64,000 nucleotides of DNA from a virus. This document shows positions 39,698 to 49,053 of the stretch, piece after piece. The notes beneath the pieces are model-generated. The model did not search any database, was not told the origin of the DNA, and saw only the letters and a list, made by a program, of their open reading frames with translations. Both the position numbers and the translations under genes were made by a program. The stretch lies in the IMG/VR virus record IMGVR_UViG_3300046804_003518, positions 1 to 64,000 of that record. The stretch is one strand, 5' to 3'. How positions within the stretch are numbered: the stretch's first letter is position 1; each line of letters opens with the position of its first letter.

Positions 39698-39979
39698 ATG
39701 GCAATTCTAAGTAAAGTTACAGTCAATCAGAACAAACTGGCAGCGGCTGTAACCGTTAAAAATGTCAGTGGCGGATTGCAACAAACTAATAAGGTAAATC
39801 CTATTAGTTTGATAGCATCTACCGGAGCTGGTGGTGCTGGCAGATTTGATGAGTTGCTTGATGTGACTGAAGGAACACCCGCCAATGGCGATGTTGTCGT
39901 ATATAATGCCGCAAATGATAAGTACGAGGTAAAAAGTTTAGGCAATACGTCAATAACGCTTGACGGGGGCACATTCTAA
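39698..39979 (+). CDS. small fibre-associated protein
   Basis: 93 aa; LLDV...GDVVVYN module and DGGTF C-terminus, both shared with the next gene. Confidence 0.65.
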   Translation: MAILSKVTVNQNKLAAAVTVKNVSGGLQQTNKVNPISLIASTGAGGAGRFDELLDVTEGTPANGDVVVYNAANDKYEVKSLGNTSITLDGGTF

Positions 39980-42549
39980 TGGCAAATATAATCAAAATTA
40001 AAAGAAGTGCGGCAACAGCGGCACCAACAACACTAAACGAAGGCGAGTTAGCGTTTTCGTATCTATCAGGTAAACTATTCATAGGCAACAGCTCAGCTGT
40101 AATCCCTATCGGTGGTACCCACAATCCTGGCGTACTAACAGCTAACCAAGCCCTTGTTGCAAACGCTTCAAGCGCAATTGACAAAATTATTGTCGCCAAC
40201 TTACAACCAACATATATCTACGCCAATGGTGCATCTGGCACAGCTGGCCAAGTTCTTCTATCAAATTCAACCGGTGGTGTCTATTGGGGCACCGCTGCAT
40301 CTGATCTAGATTCTTTAACAGACGTTACACTATCATCTGTTGCCAATAATCAGTTACTTGTCTACGATAATACTGCCGGCCAATGGGAAAACCATTCAAT
40401 TTCTGGCAACGCAAATCAGACAAATGTTGCGTTCAATTCCCAAAATATTACAATCAGCCTAACGCCTTCAGTTAATGTAGATACATCGATTGCTGTTGGT
40501 GGCAATGTTATTATTAATGCCTCAGCATTGTTTATTGGTAACTCTACAGTTAATTCAGTCGTCAATGCTACCCACGTAACAACAAACACATTTAACATTG
40601 CTGGTGGTATTGCAGTTGGCTCAAATGTATCGATCAATACATCAACAATCTTTATTGGCAATTCAACTGTCAATACAACAATCCAAGCTGGTAATATTGC
40701 CCTACGTGGTACACAGCTAACAATTGGCAACACATTATTTGATGGTACATTAATTAGCGTTGGCAACTCCACAGTTAATACTGTTGTCAACTCAACATCT
40801 GTAACAACCAATATTCTTTATGCAACAAATGCTGAAATTTCATCATCAGCTAATGTTGGTGGTAACATTACAGCAAGAGCAAACGTAACGGTTAATGGTG
40901 CTCTAACAGTTGCCAACACAGCATCTCTTGGCAACACAACAGTTAGTCAGACATTAACAGTTGGCAACAGTACAGTTAACGTATCAATCAACGCAACATC
41001 AATTGCAGTTGGACCAAACGTAGCTGTAACCCAAAGTACAATTACCGTTGGCAACTCAACTGTTAATGCAGTTGTCAACTCAACATCTATTAATGTAGGC
41101 ACAACAGGTACAATTGTTGGCCATAGAGTACTTTCATCAAATATTACTCTACAGGCTCCAAACAATGGTAACTATGATGGTGAAAGATTCCGTCTATACG
41201 ACTTTGGAGATAGTAGAGTACACTATTCGATGGGTGTCGAGGGTGGCCACATTTGGACGGCTGTCGACAATTCATCTAACTCAATAGGCTTCAAGTGGTA
41301 CGGTAATACAGTCCTAGCTGCCCGCTTGGGTGGTACTGGTACTCTAGAGCTAAAGGGCGATTTATACACTGATGCAGTTGCCCACGTTAACTCAGCATTG
41401 TATGTTGGTAGCACATCAACAAATGTTACAATTAATTCAACATCTCTAGCAGTTGGTTCAAATGTAACTCTTGATACAGGTGTGTTGGTAATTGGCAACT
41501 CAACTGTCAATACGACAATCAACTCATCATCAATTAGTACTGGTGCTCTAAACATTGGCAATACAACCATTAATGGTTGGGCCAATGTCATTGGTGACTT
41601 TACTGCCCACTCCAATGTACAGCTAGGTAATAGCTTTGGTGTTGATGTAGTATCGTTCAAGGCAACAGTCAACACAGAAATCACACCATCCGCAAACAAC
41701 ACTCAGAAGTTGGGTCGTGCTGATCTGAGATGGGGTGAAGTAAACGCCAACAACGTACTAGCAACAAATGTTGCTATTGACTCAGTACTAACTGTAAATG
41801 GCAATACAAAACTTGGCGATGCTTCTTCCGACGTTGTATCGTTTATTGGTAAAGTTAATACCCATATTATTCCATCAGCCAACCTAACATACAGCTTAGG
41901 TAACAACACTCTATATTGGGCTGAAGTTCACACTGGTAATGTTCATGCTGATTATGGTTACTTTAACCAAGATGTTGCAATTTATGGTGACTTGACTGTA
42001 TCTGGCAATCTTGTCACTACAAATGTTCAGTCGGTAGTCATTTCTGATCCATTGATCTACCTAGCTGGTAACAACTACGCAGCTGACCTAGTTGATATTG
42101 GTTTTGTTGGTAACTACCATGTTGGCGGCGCAAACCTCCACACTGGTTTGTTTAGAGATGCATCTGTTGATCAATACTACTTGTTCAAGGGGCTAACCCA
42201 AGAGCTTGATGGCGTACTAACAGTTAATACGGCAGACCCAACATTTGCCATTGCTGATTTGAATGCATACTTGCTATCAGGTGCGTTGGTATCCAACGCT
42301 CTAGCAGTCACAATTACAGCCAACTCAACTGTCAATGTTAATATTACAGCCAACAGCTTATCCCTATCAACTGCCCTTGCAGTAGGTTCAGGTGGTACAG
42401 GCTTGTCAACTGTTACATCTAAGGGTGTTCTATATGGTAACACTACTGGCCCACTAGGTGTTACATCTGCTGGTACAGACGGTCAAGTACTTCAGGCCAA
42501 TGCATCTGGCTACCCAGTATTTGCGGATCTTGATGGTGGCACATTCTAA
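39979..42549 (+). CDS. tail fibre protein
   Basis: IKIKRS...LNEGELA N-terminus, many (I/V)GNSTVN repeats, GGTG motif, DLDGGTF end. Confidence 0.75.
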   Translation: MANIIKIKRSAATAAPTTLNEGELAFSYLSGKLFIGNSSAVIPIGGTHNPGVLTANQALVANASSAIDKIIVANLQPTYIYANGASGTAGQVLLSNSTGGVYWGTAASDLDSLTDVTLSSVANNQLLVYDNTAGQWENHSISGNANQTNVAFNSQNITISLTPSVNVDTSIAVGGNVIINASALFIGNSTVNSVVNATHVTTNTFNIAGGIAVGSNVSINTSTIFIGNSTVNTTIQAGNIALRGTQLTIGNTLFDGTLISVGNSTVNTVVNSTSVTTNILYATNAEISSSANVGGNITARANVTVNGALTVANTASLGNTTVSQTLTVGNSTVNVSINATSIAVGPNVAVTQSTITVGNSTVNAVVNSTSINVGTTGTIVGHRVLSSNITLQAPNNGNYDGERFRLYDFGDSRVHYSMGVEGGHIWTAVDNSSNSIGFKWYGNTVLAARLGGTGTLELKGDLYTDAVAHVNSALYVGSTSTNVTINSTSLAVGSNVTLDTGVLVIGNSTVNTTINSSSISTGALNIGNTTINGWANVIGDFTAHSNVQLGNSFGVDVVSFKATVNTEITPSANNTQKLGRADLRWGEVNANNVLATNVAIDSVLTVNGNTKLGDASSDVVSFIGKVNTHIIPSANLTYSLGNNTLYWAEVHTGNVHADYGYFNQDVAIYGDLTVSGNLVTTNVQSVVISDPLIYLAGNNYAADLVDIGFVGNYHVGGANLHTGLFRDASVDQYYLFKGLTQELDGVLTVNTADPTFAIADLNAYLLSGALVSNALAVTITANSTVNVNITANSLSLSTALAVGSGGTGLSTVTSKGVLYGNTTGPLGVTSAGTDGQVLQANASGYPVFADLDGGTF

Positions 42550-42558
42550 GAGGTTTAA

Positions 42559-42795
42559 ATGGAAAATAATGATTTGGTTGAAAAGGTATTCAACAATTAC
42601 AGAAATGCGTGGATAGAAGCTTCAAGTTTAAATATTGTACAAAAATCACAGTTAGAGATAGCAAACGAAAATATTAAGAAACTAGAAGAACAAATACAAG
42701 AACAAAACAATACTATTACGAAATTAAAGAATCAGATTGAAGCAATTAGGAACGTAAAGCCTGCTCAGCAAGCACCAAAACAAGAACAAAAGTAA
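42559..42795 (+). CDS. coiled-coil hypothetical protein
   Basis: 78 aa with a heptad pattern. Confidence 0.65.
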   Translation: MENNDLVEKVFNNYRNAWIEASSLNIVQKSQLEIANENIKKLEEQIQEQNNTITKLKNQIEAIRNVKPAQQAPKQEQK

Positions 42796-42813
42796 GCTTC
42801 AAATCTCAACTGG

Positions 42814-42846
42814 GGCTACGTATAAATAGATACGTAGCCTTTTTTT
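42814..42846 (+). terminator. rho-independent terminator containing a late promoter
   Basis: GGCTACGTAT-AAATAG-ATACGTAGCC followed by T7; TATAAATA at 42821-42828. Confidence 0.85.
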
Positions 42847-42858
42847 ATAGGGTTTGAA

Positions 42859-45800
42859 ATGACCACCCCAACGACACCAGCCAATGCATTAGATGTATCC
42901 GACATTAGGGATGAAATTAACCCTGGTGATGGTTCTGGTATTCAACAAGATGTTGGGGCAAACGCTGTTGTCAGACAGCTGACAGGGTCCCTTGCAAAAT
43001 CTAAGCAGGGAACAGAGATCCTTTTTAGTGATCTGAGCAATAAGATTGGCTTCTCAGAAATTTATACAACATCGACAACAAATACCCAAGGCGGTATTGC
43101 AATTGTAGGAAGCCCAATAACAGCTGAGCTTACTCTGCAGGCTAACAGCGACATGTATGATCCATTGCTAACGTGGACATACACAATTGATAGCGGATCA
43201 GATAATATAACAGCTAGCGATATAACAGTAACAAAACCAAATAGTAAAACTGCTGTAATCAAACTTGCATCTGCAAGTGGCGCTAAGGTTGCTAACCTCA
43301 CAGTAACTGGCGTAATGACAGTTGATGGTCATACAGTCAATACATGTACTAAAAATATTAAGTTAACAGTTAATGCTGTCAACACAGCTTTCCAAGTTAT
43401 AGCTACTCCAAGCTTCACTATCAATTCAACTGGAGTTGCAGCACAGACAGCATTTGTTACAGTAACAGCAACATCAAATGCTTCATTGGCTGGAACAACA
43501 TATAGATTCACACCAACATATTTGTCAGGCACTGGACCAATTACACCTAGCTTTACGTTTAATGGCGTAATGCCAGGTATTGGTGATAGCGTATCGTTTG
43601 GTGTTACGGCGGCAACTCCATTAGTAAATGCTGTTGTATATTCGCTGTTATCAGAAATGATTAATGATGGTAAGGTTGTCGCGTCAAACACTTCTACCAT
43701 TGACATTAGAGCTCATTTTATTGATAGGCAGATTACATCTTTAACTCCAGCTGCTTTATCAAATAATCAATTCTCAAATTCTGCTAGTCAGTATTCAACA
43801 ATTGATATAACGGCTGTCCATAATTCTGTAGCACCAACATATGCTCAAGGCACGATCACATTTACTCTTGAAACAACTGGCGACACTGTCACTCAGCAAA
43901 CATTATCATCTAATAGTTCTGCTAAAGTAGAAAGAATCAGTCTCTATCACAATAAAGATACAGATGGGTTTGGCTTTAAGAAAGCAACTGTTGTAGTGCT
44001 AGCAACACTAAGAGCTTCTGATAATACAATTATGGATCAGAAGAGATCCGCTCCAATTACATTGAGAGCAGGCACCTACGGATTAACTCTCAATAAGCCT
44101 CCATCAAATACTCAGATTGGTTTTAGTGCCCAAACTGCAACCTCTATTGGTTCAGCCACATGGGGTGCTGGTAACTTTGCTTGGTCTATAAGACAATTTA
44201 ATGGAAGTGGTCCAGAGCTCACACAAGACAATCAGCCTAAAGCATCTACGATTAATATCAGAGCAACAACGCCATCTGGTAAGAATGCTACACAAACAAT
44301 TTCAAATACATGTAATTATGATTTGACAGCTACGTTATCCTATGATGGTATTACAATTGTTAATACAGTACTAAGTGACATTTTAATTAGTGCTCAGTCG
44401 CAAGCATATACTTATAGCATTTCAACTCCAGCTACCTCAAATGTACAGATGGAAGTAAGTGCTGTAGCAGAATCAAGAATTGTTATTAATGCTACCAAAT
44501 CCACAGGTACGATTACGTGGACAAAAAATAATACGAATGTAGGTATTGAAACAAATCCAACTTCTGCGCTAGTAGAGGTTGTATCACCAGTCGTTGGTGG
44601 TTCTAACACCCAAGATGTTGTGGTTACTGGTACACTATATGATGCAAGCTCGAGAGTAATTGAGGCATTATCTACCCCAACAATTACTCTTGATGCTGCC
44701 ACAACTAAATTGGCAATTAGTGGAGAAAATGTAACCAAGTCTTCAGACAACAAAACAGATACAGCCACTGGCATTTATGAAACAAGTGCAGTTGTTGGTA
44801 ATCATAAGTTTAGATTTCCTCCTACAAAACATGGTGGTAATGATTTACAGGTGGTATTAGAAAGTCCACAGAGAATGTCTATTACTGCTAGTGCAACACA
44901 AGCATCTAACTCTGGTAGTTATGAGCTCACTGCTGAAGTTAATTATAAGGGTGTTATAAGAACTGTTCAAAAAGATGTCACAGTTACAATTAATGCTCTT
45001 GCTCCATCATTAACAGTTACCAAATATCCATACACATATTCAGAATATATTACAATAGATAGTGATGTCTACGCATTCAGCGGCCAAGCAATTAATTATT
45101 TAATTGAGAATGGTGGATATGTTAATGGTGGAGTTGGAACAACAATATACAACACATTCAATGGTATTGACTTTGTTGCCACAACTGATTATCCAGGTTC
45201 AATCAATACTAATTTTACTATAACAAGAGTTGTCAATATTATTGATCCTAATGCAGTGGTTAATGGTCCATTCTACAATCAAGCAGCTAATACAAGCGCT
45301 GCACCAGCTGGATATCCAGCAACATCTGGTGGAAAGAAAAGAAGAGATAGAATTCAATCAACCCTTGGCACTCCACAGACACTTGTATATAATATTACAT
45401 ACGAATTGAGAGATCTTAATAATAATGTATTAATATCTAATACTGTAAGCGATAGTATTATTAGTCAACCACCATCAGATGGTAGTGCTAAGTTGTCCTC
45501 AGGAACTGCTGGTGGCAAATATTTTACATTTACACAAAGACCTAATGGCGCATATGGCTACCCTCAACCACACCCATCGCAAGTTACATATAACCAGAAT
45601 GTAGCATTCACAGCATCATATACAAGCACACAAACAATTCCATCTCCTGAGTTTGTCTTCAGTACCACTGGTGGTGTCTTATATGCCAATACTACAAATG
45701 GACAAGCCAACTTAGTTGGTCAGTCAATATATAATGACACTGGTCCAGAATTTAATTTTGCAATTCCGACAGTAACTAATCTTAATAATTCTGTAACTCT

Positions 45801-46569
45801 AAGTGCTCAGTTATCTTCAGGTGGTTATCTATTAGGTAAGCCTGCAACCCAAAATTATACCTTCAGCTTACCAATGCCACCAGGTAAATGTTATTACCTG
45901 CCAATATACAATTATGGTGTGAGACAGCAACACACAAGAGACCCATTTGGTTACAACAATGAGCAAGTTGATTACTCAAGAGTTCCTTCACAAGGAACTT
46001 TAGCTGGTCCAGAAACAAAATGGATTGGTACCCATGATGGTAGTAGAATTTATGAACAGTCCCAAAGACCTCTATATGCAGCAGACGGTACTAGATACTA
46101 TAGTAGCGAGTCGCATAGAACAACTCACCAATCAACTTATCCAAAAGAACTAAGATATCCAAGCAAGATAATCCCATCGGATTATTTTATGGTTCTTTCA
46201 TTTTCTGAAACAGGGTCAGCATATATTGGCCAGATATCTTTAATTGGTTCTGATAATAATGTGTATACTCTTGGTCCTAGCAATCTGTGGGCCTCAGGCA
46301 GCCAAAATGATACAAGCAGAGATAATGATGCATTTGAATGGTTCATATATACTTGGTCACCACCAGCTGGTGTAACATTTACATATGCATTCATTTCCAA
46401 TGTTGCAGGTGCGGTTGCTCCTCCTCCATTCAGCGCAACACCTCTTACGTTTACAGCAGTACAGCCAGGCAATGTTTTGGTTGGGCAAAATGTCAATCTA
46501 AATATTGGAACAGTATCTGGCGGATTAGTTGAAGAAGACTTTTACGTTGACCCAGGCGGAGTATTTTAA
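42859..46569 (+). CDS. large adhesin-like protein with gp38-like N-terminus and beta-sandwich domains
   Basis: N-terminus LDVSDIRDEI...VVRQLTG...ILFSDLSNK; the rest is Thr/Ser/Val-rich and beta-type. Confidence 0.55.
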   Translation: MTTPTTPANALDVSDIRDEINPGDGSGIQQDVGANAVVRQLTGSLAKSKQGTEILFSDLSNKIGFSEIYTTSTTNTQGGIAIVGSPITAELTLQANSDMYDPLLTWTYTIDSGSDNITASDITVTKPNSKTAVIKLASASGAKVANLTVTGVMTVDGHTVNTCTKNIKLTVNAVNTAFQVIATPSFTINSTGVAAQTAFVTVTATSNASLAGTTYRFTPTYLSGTGPITPSFTFNGVMPGIGDSVSFGVTAATPLVNAVVYSLLSEMINDGKVVASNTSTIDIRAHFIDRQITSLTPAALSNNQFSNSASQYSTIDITAVHNSVAPTYAQGTITFTLETTGDTVTQQTLSSNSSAKVERISLYHNKDTDGFGFKKATVVVLATLRASDNTIMDQKRSAPITLRAGTYGLTLNKPPSNTQIGFSAQTATSIGSATWGAGNFAWSIRQFNGSGPELTQDNQPKASTINIRATTPSGKNATQTISNTCNYDLTATLSYDGITIVNTVLSDILISAQSQAYTYSISTPATSNVQMEVSAVAESRIVINATKSTGTITWTKNNTNVGIETNPTSALVEVVSPVVGGSNTQDVVVTGTLYDASSRVIEALSTPTITLDAATTKLAISGENVTKSSDNKTDTATGIYETSAVVGNHKFRFPPTKHGGNDLQVVLESPQRMSITASATQASNSGSYELTAEVNYKGVIRTVQKDVTVTINALAPSLTVTKYPYTYSEYITIDSDVYAFSGQAINYLIENGGYVNGGVGTTIYNTFNGIDFVATTDYPGSINTNFTITRVVNIIDPNAVVNGPFYNQAANTSAAPAGYPATSGGKKRRDRIQSTLGTPQTLVYNITYELRDLNNNVLISNTVSDSIISQPPSDGSAKLSSGTAGGKYFTFTQRPNGAYGYPQPHPSQVTYNQNVAFTASYTSTQTIPSPEFVFSTTGGVLYANTTNGQANLVGQSIYNDTGPEFNFAIPTVTNLNNSVTLSAQLSSGGYLLGKPATQNYTFSLPMPPGKCYYLPIYNYGVRQQHTRDPFGYNNEQVDYSRVPSQGTLAGPETKWIGTHDGSRIYEQSQRPLYAADGTRYYSSESHRTTHQSTYPKELRYPSKIIPSDYFMVLSFSETGSAYIGQISLIGSDNNVYTLGPSNLWASGSQNDTSRDNDAFEWFIYTWSPPAGVTFTYAFISNVAGAVAPPPFSATPLTFTAVQPGNVLVGQNVNLNIGTVSGGLVEEDFYVDPGGVF

Positions 46570-48983
46570 TGCCTTACAAATGGACATTGACAAGTGGCAA
46601 TTTGCCTCCTGGTCTTTCACTTCAAACTCTTAATAGTGGTAGAAGTGGATTTCTTGTTGGTAAGCCTACCCAGATTGGTACCTATAATTGGCGTTATACT
46701 ATAACAGACGACCAGTCACCAACTCCTGCTTCAACATATGCTGACTACGCAATGACTGTATCAGGATCATTAGTATTAACTGGTTACCTAGTTGATGATG
46801 GTGGTAGATTGCCACCAATGACAAAAAATGTATCTCTAGATGGTTCATTTTCTAATAGGCTACTTGTAACTGAGCTTGGCGCACATAGCAGTACATTTAG
46901 TGTTACAGTAATTGGTGGCACAAAACCATCATGGTTAACAATTAGTGTTACACCAACAGTCAATCAATTAGCCTATACTGGCAAATTTTGCTTTGCATCA
47001 ATTAACTTCACAGGTACACCAACCGAAGCGATTGCAACCCAGTTTACAATAAGAGTAACCTCCTCATCAGGTGCATTTCAAGATTTGCCTGTTTCAATTT
47101 CAGTGGGTAGTGTAACCACAACATCACCACAAGTTGATACGTTCTATACACTAACCGCCGACAAGACTCAAATATCAGAAGGTGAGTCAGTTACATTTAC
47201 ACTTGTAACTGCAAACTATAATGATGGGGATGTAATTCCTTGGCAAATAGAACCAGGTACAGGATTCACTACATCAGATGTTGTTGGTGGTCAGTTTAGT
47301 GGCAACTTTACTCTAACGACAGTTGTTGATCGTGTGCCAATCTTCCAATCAATTGGTGGTATACTAAGCGAATATCTTGTGGGATATCAAGAAACAAAAT
47401 ACCAGACAGCCAGCGTAACAGTCACTGCTAGTGCTGATGTTAGTACGGAAGGTATTGAATATTTTAGATTTAAATTGCCTACAATCATTCAGCAGGCTCC
47501 GCCAGGATCTATAACCTATGTTGATATTGGTGTAAAAGATACCTCCCAGGCCGTAGCTGTACCAACATATAGCCTGACTGCTTCACCAACATCAATACAA
47601 GAAGGTGATGTGTTTAGTGCTACACTAACTACAACAAATGTTCCACAGGGAACAAAATTTGCTTATAGGGTTACAGGAATAACATCAACTGATTTAGATG
47701 GTATGCCATTAACTGGTTACTTTACAGTTGGTGCAGATGGTACAAGTACAATTACCTTCTCCACTTTACCAAACGGTTACTATGATCCAAAGACAGCTGT
47801 AATTGCAATCAGCTCATTAAATCTATCAGCAAGAGTTGCAATCGCTGATGCAAACCCAACATACTCGCTATCTGCTTCGGCATCAGCAATTGCAGAGGGT
47901 AAATCAGTATCATTTAATTTAAGAACGACATCTGTTGCTGATGGTACAACATACAATTATAGTATTACAGGGGTATCTTCTGCTGATATTGATAAGCCAT
48001 TAACAGGAACTATTACAGTTAATAATAATAGTGGCGGTATTGTAGTTACAGCACTAAACGATTTAACTACGGAAGGTTTTGAAACAATGACCTTCTCATT
48101 GCCAACCTTGGGGCTAATATCCCAAGTTGTAATTAATGATACTTCTGTCACTCCAGCTCCAATTAATTATTACCTAACATTGACAAATTCAAATGGCATT
48201 AATATGTCATCAAGTTCTGAAATTACAGAAGGGGATTTGTTCTTTATAACTGTTGATGCGTCAGAGGCTGCAATAGGATCTGGTGTAAGATATTCAATTA
48301 GTGGATTACCACAAACAATGTGTAGTATTCCATTAACAGGCACGTGGACACTTTATGATCGCTACCTATCCTTCCTCAATGCTGAATATGTGTCAGCATT
48401 TTATTCAACAGGCGTAACAACAAGTAAGTCTGGTGAAACTAATACTCAAAGAGTTGTAACTGTTACGTTGACAGACCTAGGAATTAGCAATTCATTTAAG
48501 TTGAACAGCCCTATTGTAACAAATACACCTCCCCCATCTCCTCCAAGTGGCAATAAGACACCTTATAACCCACCACCAAAACCTACAACAAATCCATTAA
48601 CACTGTTTGCGTCAACGTCATTACCTAATGGAACTGTTAATGTTTATTATGATTCATCTGTGTATGTTTCCCACACAGGAGGTGTTGCACCTCTTACATG
48701 GGCCGTAACAAGTGGGTCATTACCAGTAGGAATGAGTGGTATTACAGAAAATGAAACAGATGAGGGTAGCTATTTCTACCTTGTTGGTGCGCCAACAACA
48801 GCTGGAACATCAACATTTACAATCACAGCAACAGACTCAGTAGGCGTTTCAAATACATTTGTTGGTTCAATAACTGTTGCTGCTTCCCAATCAGGAACAG
48901 GGGGTGTTGATCCTGGGTCTGGCGGTATTGTTGATAATGTAACTGATCCAGTTGATTTGTGGGAATTGTATCTCGGTGGATAA
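46569..48983 (+). CDS. Ig-like repeat virion protein (He_PIG-like and Calx-beta-like domains)
   Basis: PYKWTLTSGNLPPGL and LTWAVTSGSLPVG modules; repeated YxL(T/S)AxxxxIxEGxxxxxxL modules. Confidence 0.7.
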   Translation: MPYKWTLTSGNLPPGLSLQTLNSGRSGFLVGKPTQIGTYNWRYTITDDQSPTPASTYADYAMTVSGSLVLTGYLVDDGGRLPPMTKNVSLDGSFSNRLLVTELGAHSSTFSVTVIGGTKPSWLTISVTPTVNQLAYTGKFCFASINFTGTPTEAIATQFTIRVTSSSGAFQDLPVSISVGSVTTTSPQVDTFYTLTADKTQISEGESVTFTLVTANYNDGDVIPWQIEPGTGFTTSDVVGGQFSGNFTLTTVVDRVPIFQSIGGILSEYLVGYQETKYQTASVTVTASADVSTEGIEYFRFKLPTIIQQAPPGSITYVDIGVKDTSQAVAVPTYSLTASPTSIQEGDVFSATLTTTNVPQGTKFAYRVTGITSTDLDGMPLTGYFTVGADGTSTITFSTLPNGYYDPKTAVIAISSLNLSARVAIADANPTYSLSASASAIAEGKSVSFNLRTTSVADGTTYNYSITGVSSADIDKPLTGTITVNNNSGGIVVTALNDLTTEGFETMTFSLPTLGLISQVVINDTSVTPAPINYYLTLTNSNGINMSSSSEITEGDLFFITVDASEAAIGSGVRYSISGLPQTMCSIPLTGTWTLYDRYLSFLNAEYVSAFYSTGVTTSKSGETNTQRVVTVTLTDLGISNSFKLNSPIVTNTPPPSPPSGNKTPYNPPPKPTTNPLTLFASTSLPNGTVNVYYDSSVYVSHTGGVAPLTWAVTSGSLPVGMSGITENETDEGSYFYLVGAPTTAGTSTFTITATDSVGVSNTFVGSITVAASQSGTGGVDPGSGGIVDNVTDPVDLWELYLGG

Positions 48984-49035
48984 TAAATAACTGAAAGAGG
49001 TTATATAACCTCTACTATATCCCAGTATATACTGG
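48982..49035 (+). promoter_or_regulatory. late-promoter-like box followed by two perfect palindromes
   Basis: AATAAATA(48982); AGAGGTTATATAACCTCT(48996-49013); CCAGTATATACTGG(49022-49035). Confidence 0.55.
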
Positions 49036-49053
49036 CTAAAATTTGAGGGCCAC

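Noticed and set aside
46555-46575. Programmed frameshift at the 42859/46569 junction
   Set aside because: GTA TTT TAA TG does not fit X XXY YYZ; ordinary TAATG translational coupling explains it.
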